Assembly: GCA_000934665.2 (NCBI GenBank) | Contig: JYFJ02000410.1 | Location: 1 to 64,000, forward strand | Length of the DNA: 64,000 nucleotides | Source of the DNA: Catajapyx aquilonaris | Taxonomy: Eukaryota | Direction: 5' to 3' | Part shown: positions 11,365 to 24,200 of the stretch, one piece after another | How positions within the stretch are numbered: position 1 is the stretch's first letter | Layout: each line of letters begins with the position of its first letter | Position numbers and translations under genes: made by a program | Notes under the pieces: generated by a model | The model's database searches: none | What the model saw: only the letters and a program-made list of their open reading frames with translations | What the model was told of the DNA's origin: nothing

Positions 11365-14300
11365 TTAAAAAATCACCCATAGTTTATCAAATTTTAGCGC
11401 TTTCAATGGACGAAATATATCCTCGGAAGAAAGTTTGGGTGAAATGTTTCACTGATAGCATGTTTTTTCATTCCAAAACGTCTGGATTGGTTGGCGGTTC
11501 AGGCGTGTGCGTAATAACGCAATGCAAAAAATGGAGTCTTCCTGGCATGGTTAATCAGAGCGTGAAAACTCTCCCCCTAAAAAGCGAGAAGAGATTATTA
11601 GGGGCCCAACAACCTGCTAAAAGCGCTCGGAATGAACTCGCTCACACTTCCCTCCCCGACGAAATAAGCGGTCTTTGGGAACCCTCAAAAGCAAGGGAGG
11701 GACTTTAATTAATAGCGCACTTTGCAGAGAGTTCCTATTAATACTTGGGTGACTTTCGCTGTCATTTGGAGAGAAGATTCCTCCACTGTTATCCGGCTAC
11801 CATCTCTCTCCAGTTAACATTACGAGGTGGGCTCATCCGAATGGAAAGATGGCTGGTGGCCTCCAGGGTAGCCAGCTCAAGAGTAGTTGCGAGGTTGCCA
11901 GATGCTTATCAGTGCAGGGTTGCCATTCGTGAATTTTTAGCACGTCCACAACACTTGTCTTTTGTATGGCCTAGTCAGGAGAACCCCATTTTGTATCGAT
12001 GCGTTACGAATTGATTTACGGGCCATTGACGGCTGGTTAAACGACGCAGTAAAAGACCCAACGTCCCAGCCTTTTGGTGACTGCAGTCCCCACTCTTTTT
12101 TTCCCCCACTGACGTGTCGTTAAGTCGTTTCGGGTTGGTGACTTCGCACTTCGTCCTCCAACAACTCACAGACATAAACGTGTTACTACTTCTAGAAGTA
12201 TCTTAATATTTTCTAGTTATGGCAGTGCTATTGTTGCATTATTTTCGAAAGTACACAACGTCTACAATCACTTGTAACTTATGTTTGATGCAATCAATAG
12301 TTGAATAAGCCTTCCTATCCACTGCAATATTATGGATCCAGGCTTTTCATGACAAGGAACTGTTTGCATGTCTCTTACCCAAGGACAAGGTGTGCAGCAA
12401 TGATGCCTTTCAGACAAACCGCTCTACCAGACCTTGCTAAAAATGCTGTAAGTTGGCCGTAATGGGCAGCATTAAGCACGTCCTGATCCGGCTCGATTCA
12501 ACTTCATTTCGACTGAATCCATCTGTGCCTCTGTTTGTCCGTGGTGCACCACCCTGAGAGTGGCGCGTTTTGCGAATCATCTTGGGCCGATTATGCGGTT
12601 AATTGCTAAACAACTGGATGGAGATGAAGTCGTGACAACTTGGGCGAAATAGTCTAGGGAGGTATGGTGTTTATCCGAGGATCTTACGACACGCGGAAAG
12701 GTGCACATTTACCAGGGGGTGCCAGGTCTCCTTTTATCCCCCCACCTAACGAGCCTATTCTCTCTCTCTCTCTCTCTGGAAACCTCCAACTGCTTCAAAC
12801 CCCCACTATATTTACCCACAGCTAGAACATTAGTACGGGGCGGAGTAGAAAGTGAATTCCAAGCCTTTTATTGCATTTGCTTACACGAGCAAGTACTCCC
12901 CACGAAGAACAGGGGAAGGGAGGGAGAATTTGATCAAGTGGAGAAAATTAGATTGTTCCTGCAAAGTCTAGGTTGCAAGGTAACCTATGCTACATATCGC
13001 CTCTTTTTTTATTTAACGAATTGTATAACTGATGTGTCATATTTTGACCAAATTTTAGCAGTATTAGTAATACCAATTTTTTTTTGGTGAACCTGATATT
13101 TAGAATCAAACCGCAATGCAGCAGAATGAGGTCGACGAGGTGGAAACCAGGCAATGTCCGGGAGCACCACATTATAGGTATGGAAATGATTCAAATGGGT
13201 GTAAAACAATTAAATAATCTTTGTGCTCGTACACCAGTGACAACGCCAATCAATTACAAAACCGGATTATATGCACGGAATTAATAACAATACAAGGGAG
13301 AAAACACGGAATAAAACCTTCGAAACATGTCGGCTTAACTGCATTTTCCAACCCTGCATTGTGTCGCATCATTGTTCAACACTGCGAAAATTTTTATTGT
13401 AAAATTTTAATTGCGTGAAAGGGTTCGAGATTTTTGCCGGTAAATATTAATTAATATTTAACACCAGAGTTTGTGGGCAAAGTTCAAGCGATGTGGATTA
13501 GTTCACGCATATTTTACCGCCGTACTTGCTTCCCGCCTCCATTTTTATAGCAGAATGTTTGCTTTAAGTCTAGTTAATTACCCTAAGATGTTTCGCTTTC
13601 CTTGTGCAAAATTTGCATACGCATTGTTTACTCTTCTTATTTTCCGCGGTACGAACTTGGGCCTATCTTAGGAATTCGGAACCGGAATTTTGAAAGCAAT
13701 TACTGGTCCTCAAGTCTTGGAGAGAAAGTAAAGTTGGGTTAGCGGCTTCGACTGACAAGTCACTCTCAGGATACAATAAGCCCCTCCACCAACCGCAGGA
13801 AAATAAATCAAATTGAGTCCGCCTTACCACTTCCTCCTCCTCCTCCCCAATGCTAACCCCCTCCATCCCTTTATTTCACCCACTTGCCAAGTCACAGCAC
13901 AGTCACACAACCTACCCCCAAGTGCGTAAAAACTGACGCTAAAACTAGGTCTAAACTGCAACCTCCCGTCGAGCATTTGCGAGTCCACGAATAGCCAAAG
14001 ACTTGTAAGTTTAGAGACAGGAAGAAAGAAGCTGGAAGGGACAATAAGACGACACGAGATGTCACTGGCAGCTAAGGGAGGGTTTAACCTGTTGAGGGCG
14101 ACGTCAATCATATGATTACCGAGCATAGTCGTCGTGCCCCAGGTGATTGTTCGTATTTTGCGCTCTCATTTATTCGCATAAAAATGGCGCCAATGACTTT
14201 TAAGCTGTTCTTGCCATGCCATCTCATGGTTGGTAGTTCAACTATCATGCACTGCTTGATTGGGTGGCGTGAACGAGCGAGGTAAAGATGGATGCTGGTG

Positions 14301-14519
14301 CCCCCTGCTGCATGCGAGACAAATCTCTGGGGATGTGGAGCGCCACAACGGATTCGCATTAGCTGCTATTGAACCGCAAATAGCATAATATCCATAGCTG
14401 TTACTGAGTTGCAGCTATTTCAATTGTTATTGCAAAGTAGCTGTTATTTCCACTGCTCCAACGAGGGATTTGTCCTTAGAGTTGCGCAATTGCACGCGCC
14501 CTTGTTCGCATGGCATATG

Positions 14520-14693
14520 CATTTCTAGTAACTGCTATTTCCAGTAACTGATATTTCTAACGATAGCTCTTTTCAGTACCGGCTATTTCGAGTAACCATT
14601 ATTTCGAGTAACACTTATTTCCAGCAACCGTTATTTCTAGTAACAGTTATTTCTAGTAGCCGTTATTTCCAGTTATTTCTATTTCCAGTAACT
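14520..14693. repeat. Degenerate about 16-bp minisatellite (AGTAACNGYTATTTC)
   Basis: About 10 imperfect units. Similar degenerate arrays lie at about 39385-39620 and 40345-40575. Confidence 0.7.
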
Positions 14694-17180
14694 CCTAATC
14701 ACATTTCCGAAATAAAGGGGAAAGAACTCAGGCCGTGGGGTATTGCAATAATTGAAAAGAAAACGCAGTATTCCACATGTTAAACTGCGTTGTCCGACAG
14801 TTTAATTCATATACCATTAATGATAGTATAACCTGTAATATCGCTATTAAATTATGCAAGTTATTCCGGACAAATAGAGGGCACAGACTTCAGCCAGTTG
14901 CATATAATGGTCATAATCTCACTGGGTTTATTTCCATAACAACGTGTAGTTTACTTCGTATGACTGGATAAGGGAAACTGAATATCTCACTTATCAAGCT
15001 GGCCCAAGGTTATCTGATGTTACCAATATAGGATCATGCGCATGTGGTGTGCAAATATCAGTTATTTCCCGTGCAATAAAAAACCACCACTTTTTTTTCC
15101 TTCGCATGATTCATACCGGTTATCAGCTCATAACAATGCAAAGTGCAGGGCATGTTCCCTGTTGTCATACTCCTTTTTTATATATAACAAAAAAAGGACA
15201 GGTCGTGGATAACAGGCTGAAGGACAATATCTCATGTGGTGAAACCCGCATATCACAAAGGTCAAAGGTCGCACTTCCTCTTGCAAGTATAGCTACATGT
15301 GAGCGAATAAAAAAGGGTCACAGAAGGTCGTGCGTGCATATATCCTGCGTGACTTTTTCCCCCCTCCCCTGTCCCCCAACCATTGATAACACAGAATCAG
15401 CTCAAACATACAGCATATGTTATAACGGTTATAACGGCCTTAACCTGTTTATTTATAAGCAGTTACTTAAATAATAAAAATAAAGCCGTTACTTAAATAA
15501 TACTTACGAATATTAGGGTGCCCCAGCTGAGACAGTGAATAGGGACTAATATCAGCAATTTAAACTGATAAAATTAGCAGATACACTAAACTGATAAATA
15601 AGCGGTTACTCTAAACTGTTAAAATAAGCAGTTGCTCTAACCTACTAAGATAAACAGCTTATGGCAAAAAAAGATTGGAACATATAAGGGTGAGCCAAAA
15701 CTCCATATCATCCAGCGTGTAATAGGTAGATAGCTCTGAAGCAAGTCAAAAATGTAGAGGTGTGAAATGTCGACAATCAAACTGATGATGACATACGACT
15801 ATTAGACACACGCTGCCACCCGCACGTAGCCTTTAACAGTGAGATAAATTATCGCCTGCGTCATTAACAGTTCCTGCACATTTCTTACCCTACATTCTAG
15901 ACTAGTTTTGACCAAATTTAACCACTGGATTTTCCTAGAGTTGTGATTCGTGCATGTAAAGCTGTCGCCCAAAATTGCAAGGGAGGAAAATAGTTCTGCT
16001 CCTGCTGCATTGTCGCAAAAGTTGTCTCTTCCGGCCCCACCATTTTTGCGTACAGTTCAGACTTTAATTTATAGTTAGGTGAGGTAAAATGAGACGAGTA
16101 GGGCCACAATGCGCATGCACTAATTAAGGGCTTGAGGGTGGCATGGTAGAGCTGACAGTGTCTCTTGGGCCCTTGGCACATATCGTGGCGGTAATTAGAC
16201 TCTTGGGCTCGAGTGAGGAAGCGGGGAGTTTGCCGATTTGTCATTTTTCACTCCTGTCCCTCTCTATCTCTCAGGCTCCAGACAGGTAGGAAAAGATGGA
16301 GCAGTTGGGGGATAGACGACCTATCTTCTCACACTCATTACAGCACAGGTATATTGCATTTTTGGAGCATGTAATAAATTCTGGGTGCGGTCCAGGTGTG
16401 ACGTGCGTTGAAGAGTGAAAAACTTAAATAATGTGCGCTCAGCGAGTAATCGTCGGAGGTACTCAAGCTTATTTGCACTTGGGAGAAATTGTCAAGTACT
16501 GCAGATAAAATGAGAAATTACATTCGTCTCGAGGGTACTTGACGTCATGTACTGTATGTGCTAATGTAACGAGCTTTGCCAATACAGATGTGAATGAAGT
16601 GGAAACATGCTTATAGCGTAATTAGTACAAAAATAATTGACCGGAACTAAACAAAACTTTTTTTTACGAAGGAATATCAAATTTAAATAATGGCTGATTT
16701 CAAGCAAAGAACATAAAATGTGTATGAAATCGGAGTGAATGAACTTCATGATTGTGGATTATTATTAAAAATTATCATATAAATTATTCTGCAATAAATG
16801 TATAATTTATAATGTAACTTATAGCATATGACAAAGTTTGTTTATCTATTTTACATCAGTTCCATACCCATCTTATGCAGTATCGTAATTCTATACGGTA
16901 AAAATAATAATACTGTATTAGTATAATGATGACTTTGATCTTACCTGAGTACCTGTGGAGCAATAACCATGAAGCTATAATAATGCGACCGATATACGGC
17001 AGTAATTGTCAATATCGCGACATACGTATTCATACGTGAGGAAATCTGTTCTGACGCACAAATACTGACAAAGATAAAATATTTGATTAAAACACAAGTG
17101 ATTAGCTTATTTCGACACTTCTTCCTCTTTGGTGTTTATCTGCAACCCTGTGTGCGCATTTCCTGATTCTTCGCGAAAAG

Positions 17181-17188
17181 TATATAAG
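17181..17188 (+). promoter_or_regulatory. TATA box of the lysozyme-like gene
   Basis: TATATAAG starts 45 bp upstream of the ATG at 17226, consistent with a short 5' UTR. Confidence 0.7.
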
Positions 17189-17225
17189 CGGAAGGTTAGG
17201 CCGTACAGATATTAATCAATCAGCA

Positions 17226-17914
17226 ATGATGGTAGGCAAGCTGCTTCTGTTCGCCTTCGCCTTGGGTTGCACCCACGGAGAGACATTCATCCAGAGATGT
17301 GACTTGGCCCAAAAAGTTCTGGAGAGCGGAGCACCCAAAGATATGGTAGCAGACTGTAAGTTTCATAAAAATTGTTTCAATAGTTCCAAAAGTCATTTTC
17401 GATAATTTAATTTGGCAGGGGTGTGTTTGGCATACTACCAGAGCGATTATCAAACTGATCTGAAGCGAGGGCCTGATCCAGACGGATCTTACAGCTATGG
17501 AGTATTTCAGGTGCTTTGAAAGTTTGATTGCTATCCAGTTGCAGTGAATTTGTTCAAGCCGCATTTTTTTTGCAGATTAATAGCGAATATTGGTGCACTC
17601 CACCATCAATGCACAACCTTTGCAAAATGCCATGCACCAGTAAGTCCCATATATGTTTTGTATTTATCCCCTTTTTTTTAACCTAGCCCGTATATTCAGG
17701 CCGCAACTCGATAAGGCCAAAGTATTGAGACAACCTGCATGAAAACTACCGTCGTTTTCGTTTTTCATCCCCAGAACTTTTGGACGCCGACGTCAGCGAC
17801 GACATAAAATGCGCGGAATTGATCGAAAGCTCCCAGGGATTTTGGGCATGGCCCGCATGGTCCCAGTTCTGTCAAGGAAAGGACCTGAGCAAATTTGTGG
17901 AAGGCTGCTTTTAA
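17226..17914 (+). CDS. c-type lysozyme / alpha-lactalbumin family (GH22) protein, predicted non-catalytic; 4 exons: 17226-17355, 17419-17510, 17576-17639, 17775-17914
   Basis: Manual splicing at GT-AG introns (phases 1,0,1) gives an intact 141-aa ORF: MMVGKLLLFAFALGCTHG-ETFIQRCDLAQKVLESGAPKDMVADWVCLAYYQSDYQTDLKRGPDPDGSYSYGVFQINSEYWCTPPSMHNLCKMPCTKLLDADVSDDIKCAELIESSQGFWAWPAWSQFCQGKDLSKFVEGCF. It has a signal peptide, the 8 canonical Cys, and the family motifs RCxLA, WVCLA, DGSxxYGxFQIN, YWC, DDIxCA and AWxAW. Confidence 0.95.
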
Positions 17915-17923
17915 ATAAATAAA
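17914..17923 (+). terminator. Polyadenylation signals (two overlapping AATAAA) of the lysozyme-like gene
   Basis: AATAAATAAA directly overlaps and follows the TAA stop, with T-rich sequence downstream. Confidence 0.65.
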
Positions 17924-18085
17924 AGAATGTGACTCAAAATGTGACTTTTGCATTATTGTAGCTTTTACTCCAAAAATAAAATATTTTGCAAACTGGTCTA
18001 ATATTTTTGTTGCGGTCAAAGTTCAAATCATATAAGGCGTTTATAGGGAAGGCGGAACAATATTTATTTATTTAAGAGCAAACAC

Positions 18086-18228
18086 AAAATGGGTATGAAT
18101 TTGGTATAAACCACCACAAAATGGGCATGAAATTGGTATAAACAACCATAAATGGGTATGAAATTGGTATAAACAACCATGAAATGGGTATGAAATTGGT
18201 GTAAACAACCATAAAATGGATATGAAAT
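18086..18228. repeat. About 31-bp minisatellite (AAATGGGTATGAAATTGGTATAAACAACCAT), about 4.5 copies
   Basis: Tandem units with few mismatches just 3' of the lysozyme-like gene. Confidence 0.9.
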
Positions 18229-21200
18229 GTGTTATAATAATTGACAAACAAACAAATTCTGCTTTTATATATGCGTAGATTTATTTATTTATTTATTTAT
18301 TTATTTATTTTTGAGAGTGAACCGTTTGACAAAATTTCGCAACACCGCACCGCCCTGCTTTCCCCCGACTGTCGACGCAGTGTCTCACACAGATGGCTCA
18401 TCCTTCCTCTCGACACATTATTGATGACTCATCGCGGACAAACAGAGGCACAGACCCAATTTCTTTTGATTTTCACTGATTCCATTACTTTTTCCTTACA
18501 TTTTGTTGCACTATTTGCTATTCTGGCGAACTATTCTGATTTTAGAAACACCTTGTTCATGTGTGTACCTCTGGGGATCACCAATACCAAACCCCATTGA
18601 TGTAAAAGGGCTAGAGTGGAGCTAGAACTAGGCACACACACAAAAAAAATGTAGAATCGAAAGTGAACAAGTTCTCTCGTGTGACACGAATAGCAGGGCC
18701 CGGACGCAACTCTGCAGTACGGAAGTCGTGGAGTTAAGGCTTTAAAGAATTTATTTGCTAATTATCACGTGCCGTGTGGGCTCCCTCTGGAGGCTGCCTG
18801 ACAGCGCTCTCAGCTCCAAATCACGCCCGGAAGGCTGCAATAATAATGACCCCTATTTTTTTCTCCTAGTGTTGGGGCTTTTATTCGAGCTCGGGAAAAT
18901 CACGAGTTCATAACATCAGTTTATAAAACCCTGGTTCAATATTCGTTCCGGTTGTTCTGCAACTAATGGCTCTTTTTGCAGAAAAAAAAATTATTTGCAC
19001 CCACTATTTTCTGGGCCATCAGCATCTATATTGCGCAAAAAATCCAGTCATGCAATTTCGAGCCTTGCAAGAAGGAAAAAAAAAGTTCATGCCGGAAACT
19101 ACTTTGCGTGCTTGAAGAATGTTACTTTGGATTTATGGGTCTGCTCATGGAGGTGAGCAGAACCATGCTTTAAAAAAATTGTATTAGAAGAAGGTAGAAC
19201 ATATCCACACATCATAAATGCAACGTATTAAAAATCTACGCACACTATAAATTAGCCTCACACTCCGGCTAAGTACATTCTATTACCACGCCGTGAAGAT
19301 AAGGATTAGAAACAAGGTTGTGTCGTAAACTACTTCGAAAGGTCATAGGGCTGGAAATAGGTGTTTATTTTCCCGGGTTCGATTAGTAGGTCCGAAATGG
19401 GGTGTGCGAGCCACACCTATCTCATGCTATCGGAATCTAGCATTAAATAGTCGATATGTGTGAGGACTGGTTGCCAGCCATGCAGTGTAGAGACAATTCA
19501 ATCAGCACATTTTTAATCATGTTGTCGAATCTCAGCTCGAAAAAGGTTATAGCTTCCATCATAGAATGTTAAGAAATATTCTGAAAATTACAGCCTGAAT
19601 AGAAAATTGGAACCTAGGGAGTGGCAAGTAAAGAAAGTGAGTAAATGAGGCCACCGACTGTGGTATCGCCTCTCACGGAGCACTTAAATTATGAGCTATT
19701 GTTTGCCCCAACTATATGGTCGTCGTAAAAGGAACCATAACGTCGGTATCACTCATGGCACGCGCATTTAGCAATCTTGATTTTTTGGTATACATTTTTT
19801 TTTGTGTGTGTGTAGCCATGGTGTTTGCCTAAAGTGGGTGTGACATCTGGAGGAAGCGTCGGGTAATCAGTAACGGTGGCGACATTTTTCCCTCGAGGAG
19901 TGGAGTTAACTAGTGTGATGAAATTACATGGGGTCAAATGGTGCAGTATCTAGCCTAGTCACACACCGGGACCAATCTAGCTCCGGATACATCTCTCCCT
20001 GACCCAAGCCGTCTTTTGGGCCATCCCGAAGCCGCGACTTGCATCCTGACCCGGGAACCGCAGATGCCCGGAATTGCTTTCCAGAGGAACATTTAGCTTC
20101 GGTCCACTTACAGAAAGACCTAAGATACAAAACACATTTCTGCGGGGGTTGAAACAAAAAAAAAATGTTTTATTGGCCAGGATTCATGTACAGGTCGCAT
20201 CTTGCTGGTTATTTTTATTTGTTATCCGGAGCTCCCAGAATTGACAAGAGGGGCCATAAAGACAGGGGGTGCAGCAGCGTGTTTTGCAATGCAACTTTGT
20301 AGACGTTAGCATGTCATTTCGTATTTTGCTTGCGCGGAGTGTAGTTTTCAGAGAGAGAGAGAGAAAAAAAAGTTAGAGCTGAGTCAACCTCGCCTGGTGC
20401 AACTGTGTTTGCCATTAATCACCGGGAAGCCGTATCTGTTGCAAACACCGTCGAAAGATCCGGGATAATTACAAGGCATTGTAAGCTTCAGTTTGCGTTC
20501 GTTGTCCTCAAAAGCCATGATGCTGCGAGACAGACGAAAAAATGAGGATTGACAGCAAATAGCAATTCCTGAGCTAGACAATGATTAGCAAGGATGATGA
20601 ATGACCTGGAACATGCTCTCGGTGTACGTGAGCTGTACATAGTATTATCATAATATATAGGTCTTCCTCGATGAACGAACCACCCTGTACATTTTCGTCG
20701 TGCCAGTGACTACCAGGACTTTATTATTGGAGAGAGAGAAAAGGAAAATACCATAAAAAGGAAATACCAGAAAAGATGTTCCAGATTGCAAATCCTTGGT
20801 AGCAGGAGGTCCCTTCAAATGAAGCTAGATTTCTTTGGCTATGTGTCCCTCCCTTCCCCCTTTTTTGTCGGGTTTGCTTTGACCTGAGGGCGAACCGAGA
20901 CGTGACTGGGAACAGCTCTCGGAGAAATGCCAGGGCTTGGCGGTTGGTCCCTTTGAGGTTTTTATATCATTTCCTTGCTGCTGGGGGTCGCCTCTAAAGG
21001 AGATTACCCCTAGTGTTACGTGGTCAGTTTATCTCTGAGACCGGAATGTGCCTGAACCTCAGGGGGGAGGGAAAATCAGAAAAAATGATAATAATAATTT
21101 ATTATTTGATCTCTACATACGTTGTGACAAAAGAATGTTCCAATTACTTGTCGAAAGTTCAGTTATATCCAATAGCTGTCAACATAGCTATAATTCGTAG

Positions 21201-24200
21201 CTGTAGACAGTGGTATTTCGAATTAGGAAAGGTGCTGCCTGTAGCACTTATTTTTGTAACCCTTTTTTTCCCCCTCAGACGTACAACTTGCGTGCCAGTT
21301 TTCGTGGCTGGTTTTAAATTGGGACCTTTTTGGCTTCTTGGAGTAGGAAAATCACGAAATGCTTCCATCCATTTGAACACTATCTGAAGTTTGGGTTGGG
21401 TCAATCAATTCGTTACAGTACACACCAACAGCATGGGTACCGGTAGGGCATTCAACTATGTATGAAAAGGGTCGTGTCAGAATATATAAGTATCTGGATT
21501 ACAGTGTACAGTACTTATTAATAATTGAAGGTCTTGGAATGAGGAAAACCGTTGTGTGAAAAAGGTGTAATGGAACCGTGCAATTTGTGTCACTGGAATT
21601 ATTAGGGATTATTCGTATACAACAAGAAGTTCTGGTTATTATCCGCAGACATATCAATTTTTAATAAATTCTTAGCGTCCTAAAGGTGCAGAATCCTTTG
21701 TGTACTGGAATAAATATAGCACCCGGATTTACAGGTAATAAGCTAATATCGTATTTGAGGATTTGAGCAGGTTCACTTTTATGAAGATTGCGAGAATGAG
21801 CTCAAAGGTTTTTTTCCCGACAAAGAAGGACGAAGCGATAAAATTTTTTAAAGGATAATGAGACTCTTTATGTCGAACTGCATCTTTTTCACCGGAGGGG
21901 AACGAAATGAAGAGAAAGAAGAGAAATTGCTGAAAGGGAAGGAGAGGCCTGGAGAGAGGAAAATATTGTCCGATCAATCGGGGAGGATTAGGAGGCGGAT
22001 CTTGGTTAGATCTAGACAAATGGAACTCGACTCTGCAATTCCTAGCTCGACTTGTCTCTTGCCGCTAAATGTCTATGAGAGTTTGTGACGCCTCCAGGAA
22101 CAACCGGAACAGACTAAGCATCTCATGCTTGTAACTCCCACGAGGCGCAAGATCATTGAAGAATCTATGTGTACAGTATAAAAGGCGAGGTTTTGTTTGT
22201 TTGTATCCATTTTCATTGCATACCCATTGTTTCTGTGATGTATTATGCTTTATACACTTTAAAACTGGTTGCTGCATTGAACAATTCACATCTTGGAACT
22301 TATTAGTCATGCAACAATTCAACATACTTCAAGCATGTTACTCCGTATTGTTTAGGAGAGGCGTGATTTTACCATTTTCACACCAAAAACCGGTTCTTTG
22401 TTTTTCTCGCGGTGTATATTTTATTGTTGGGCGTGCATGCAATGTGCAAAGGGCCTGAACCTTTCCGCCCCTTTGAAATATTCCTTATGTACGAACTACC
22501 GGAACTAGGCCTGAGTTGACAGCTTACGACTCCTGACGTCTGATTTAGACTAGGGCAGCAGCAGCAGCAGCCCCAGAGAGGAGGTGAGCATTTAGGCTTT
22601 TCTGGGTCCTTTCCACGCCTGCTTAGGATTCATTGGGCCATGTGCTTTACCCTCTGCCACCAACACAGCCCCCCTCCCCTTTCAAGCTCTCTCACACCCC
22701 AGCTAGCCTACCTTGGCTGACTAATTAGGCTGGACACTTCTGCACGTCACTCCATTACAGCCAAGCCAGCCAAGCCAGCCAACAGCTCCTTTCGCTTTAA
22801 GTCAAATATATTCTGCTTCAGACGCCCGCCTCCGGTTAGTTTGGAGGAAACCTGCTGCTCCTTGGTATAACCAGCCGATTGTTTCATCAAAATCTAAACA
22901 AAATATTAAGCAAAATGAGGTTAAATCTGAGAAAGAATTGGATTGAGTATGTGCCTCTGTCCGCGGTGAGTCATCACTAGTGTGCAAAGGGGCAGGATGC
23001 GCCATCTGTGTGAAAGTTTTGCTACTTCGAAGACAGTCGGAGGCCCGGGCATTGTGGCCAAGTTCTTCCTAAACCAAACTCTCAAAAGAAAACCCATTTC
23101 TCTAAAAATAGTGTACGTAAAAGATGTTATGAATCTCCCTAATATTATGTTTCTTCTTTGCAGGTAAGCGTTGCCTCTCAGACGTCAAAACATGTCACCA
23201 AAAGGTATGTAAAATTCGGCTGATGAATCCTACAGTTCCGTATAAATACACGCAAATATGTTTCAATGATCCATTGCATAATCATGCGAGCCACTTGCAT
23301 TTTCGGATTGCTAAAAGGTTTCACCAGCCGGAGTGTACCAACCGATGCAAAGCCCCCTTTTTCAAAGCGATATATCTCCCCGGAATCGGACCAAGGAGGG
23401 AGGAATGACAGTTATTTATTTTGCAAACAGCACTACCCAATGGGATGTCCCGCTGGGCTTGCGGGGCCGTTTATATCTCCACGACGACCTTTTTGCAATT
23501 GCGAATTGCGCAAAACGGCGGGACCTCGCTTCGAATTTAAACGCCTTACTTTAAGTGCCGGGGCCATGAAAATGATGAGCGTTTTATTTTTAGTTAACGC
23601 TCCAGGCGGCTTTATCGAAGTCATTATCGCGTCGTCTGATTTGAAACCTACCACGGGTTGTTGCAAGACTTGGTTTCTGAACTTAAAGACGTCGCATGCT
23701 ACCTCATATGTCAGCATATGTGAGCATGAGTGGCACGCGTTTAAAGTTCCGGGTAGCGAATAAACGTCGCAGAAATCTTGTGTCATGTGGCATTCAGTTA
23801 TATTGCACGGAAGGTCACGGGGGGAAATCCTGCGAATTCATTAAAGGCATACACTCCTACTTTATCTACCGAAACAATCTCTTTCTTCTCGACTGCTGTA
23901 GCACCGTCCTAGTGTCAAATCCAATAAAAGCATCAGTTTCAAAGCCTTCTTCTGAGCAAACGAAACACAGTAGAGCTTTCCCTGATACCTCTTCTCTTGG
24001 AGCAGGCATCAACGGCGTCCTAACATTGTTGAAGGCCTGTAGGAATAAGTGTGAGGAAGTGGGTGAAGTGGTGTCAGGCAGACAAAAAGGACACGAGTGA
24101 GAGAGATAGGTGGACAAGCATCCCTCAGCACCAGGCCTCCTGCAAAAAGAGCAATAAGAGTTGATGCAGTCCAGCATTTCATTCCTCTCGTGGGACACAC

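Noticed and set aside
16470..17170. NF-kB/GATA immune elements upstream of the lysozyme-like gene
   Set aside because: Only short partial matches, as expected by chance in AT-rich DNA.
17220..17564. 114-aa minus-strand ORF and the 84-aa ORF at 17765-18019
   Set aside because: Antisense shadows of the lysozyme-like exons.
22549..22590. Possible small (CAG)n exon ending GAG|GTGAGC
   Set aside because: The acceptor is weak and no partner exon can be linked to it.
23266..24200. Cluster of 110-165-aa ORFs (likewise 25412-25938 and 31293-31775)
   Set aside because: No recognisable domain, overlapping frames on both strands, and no supporting splice structure.
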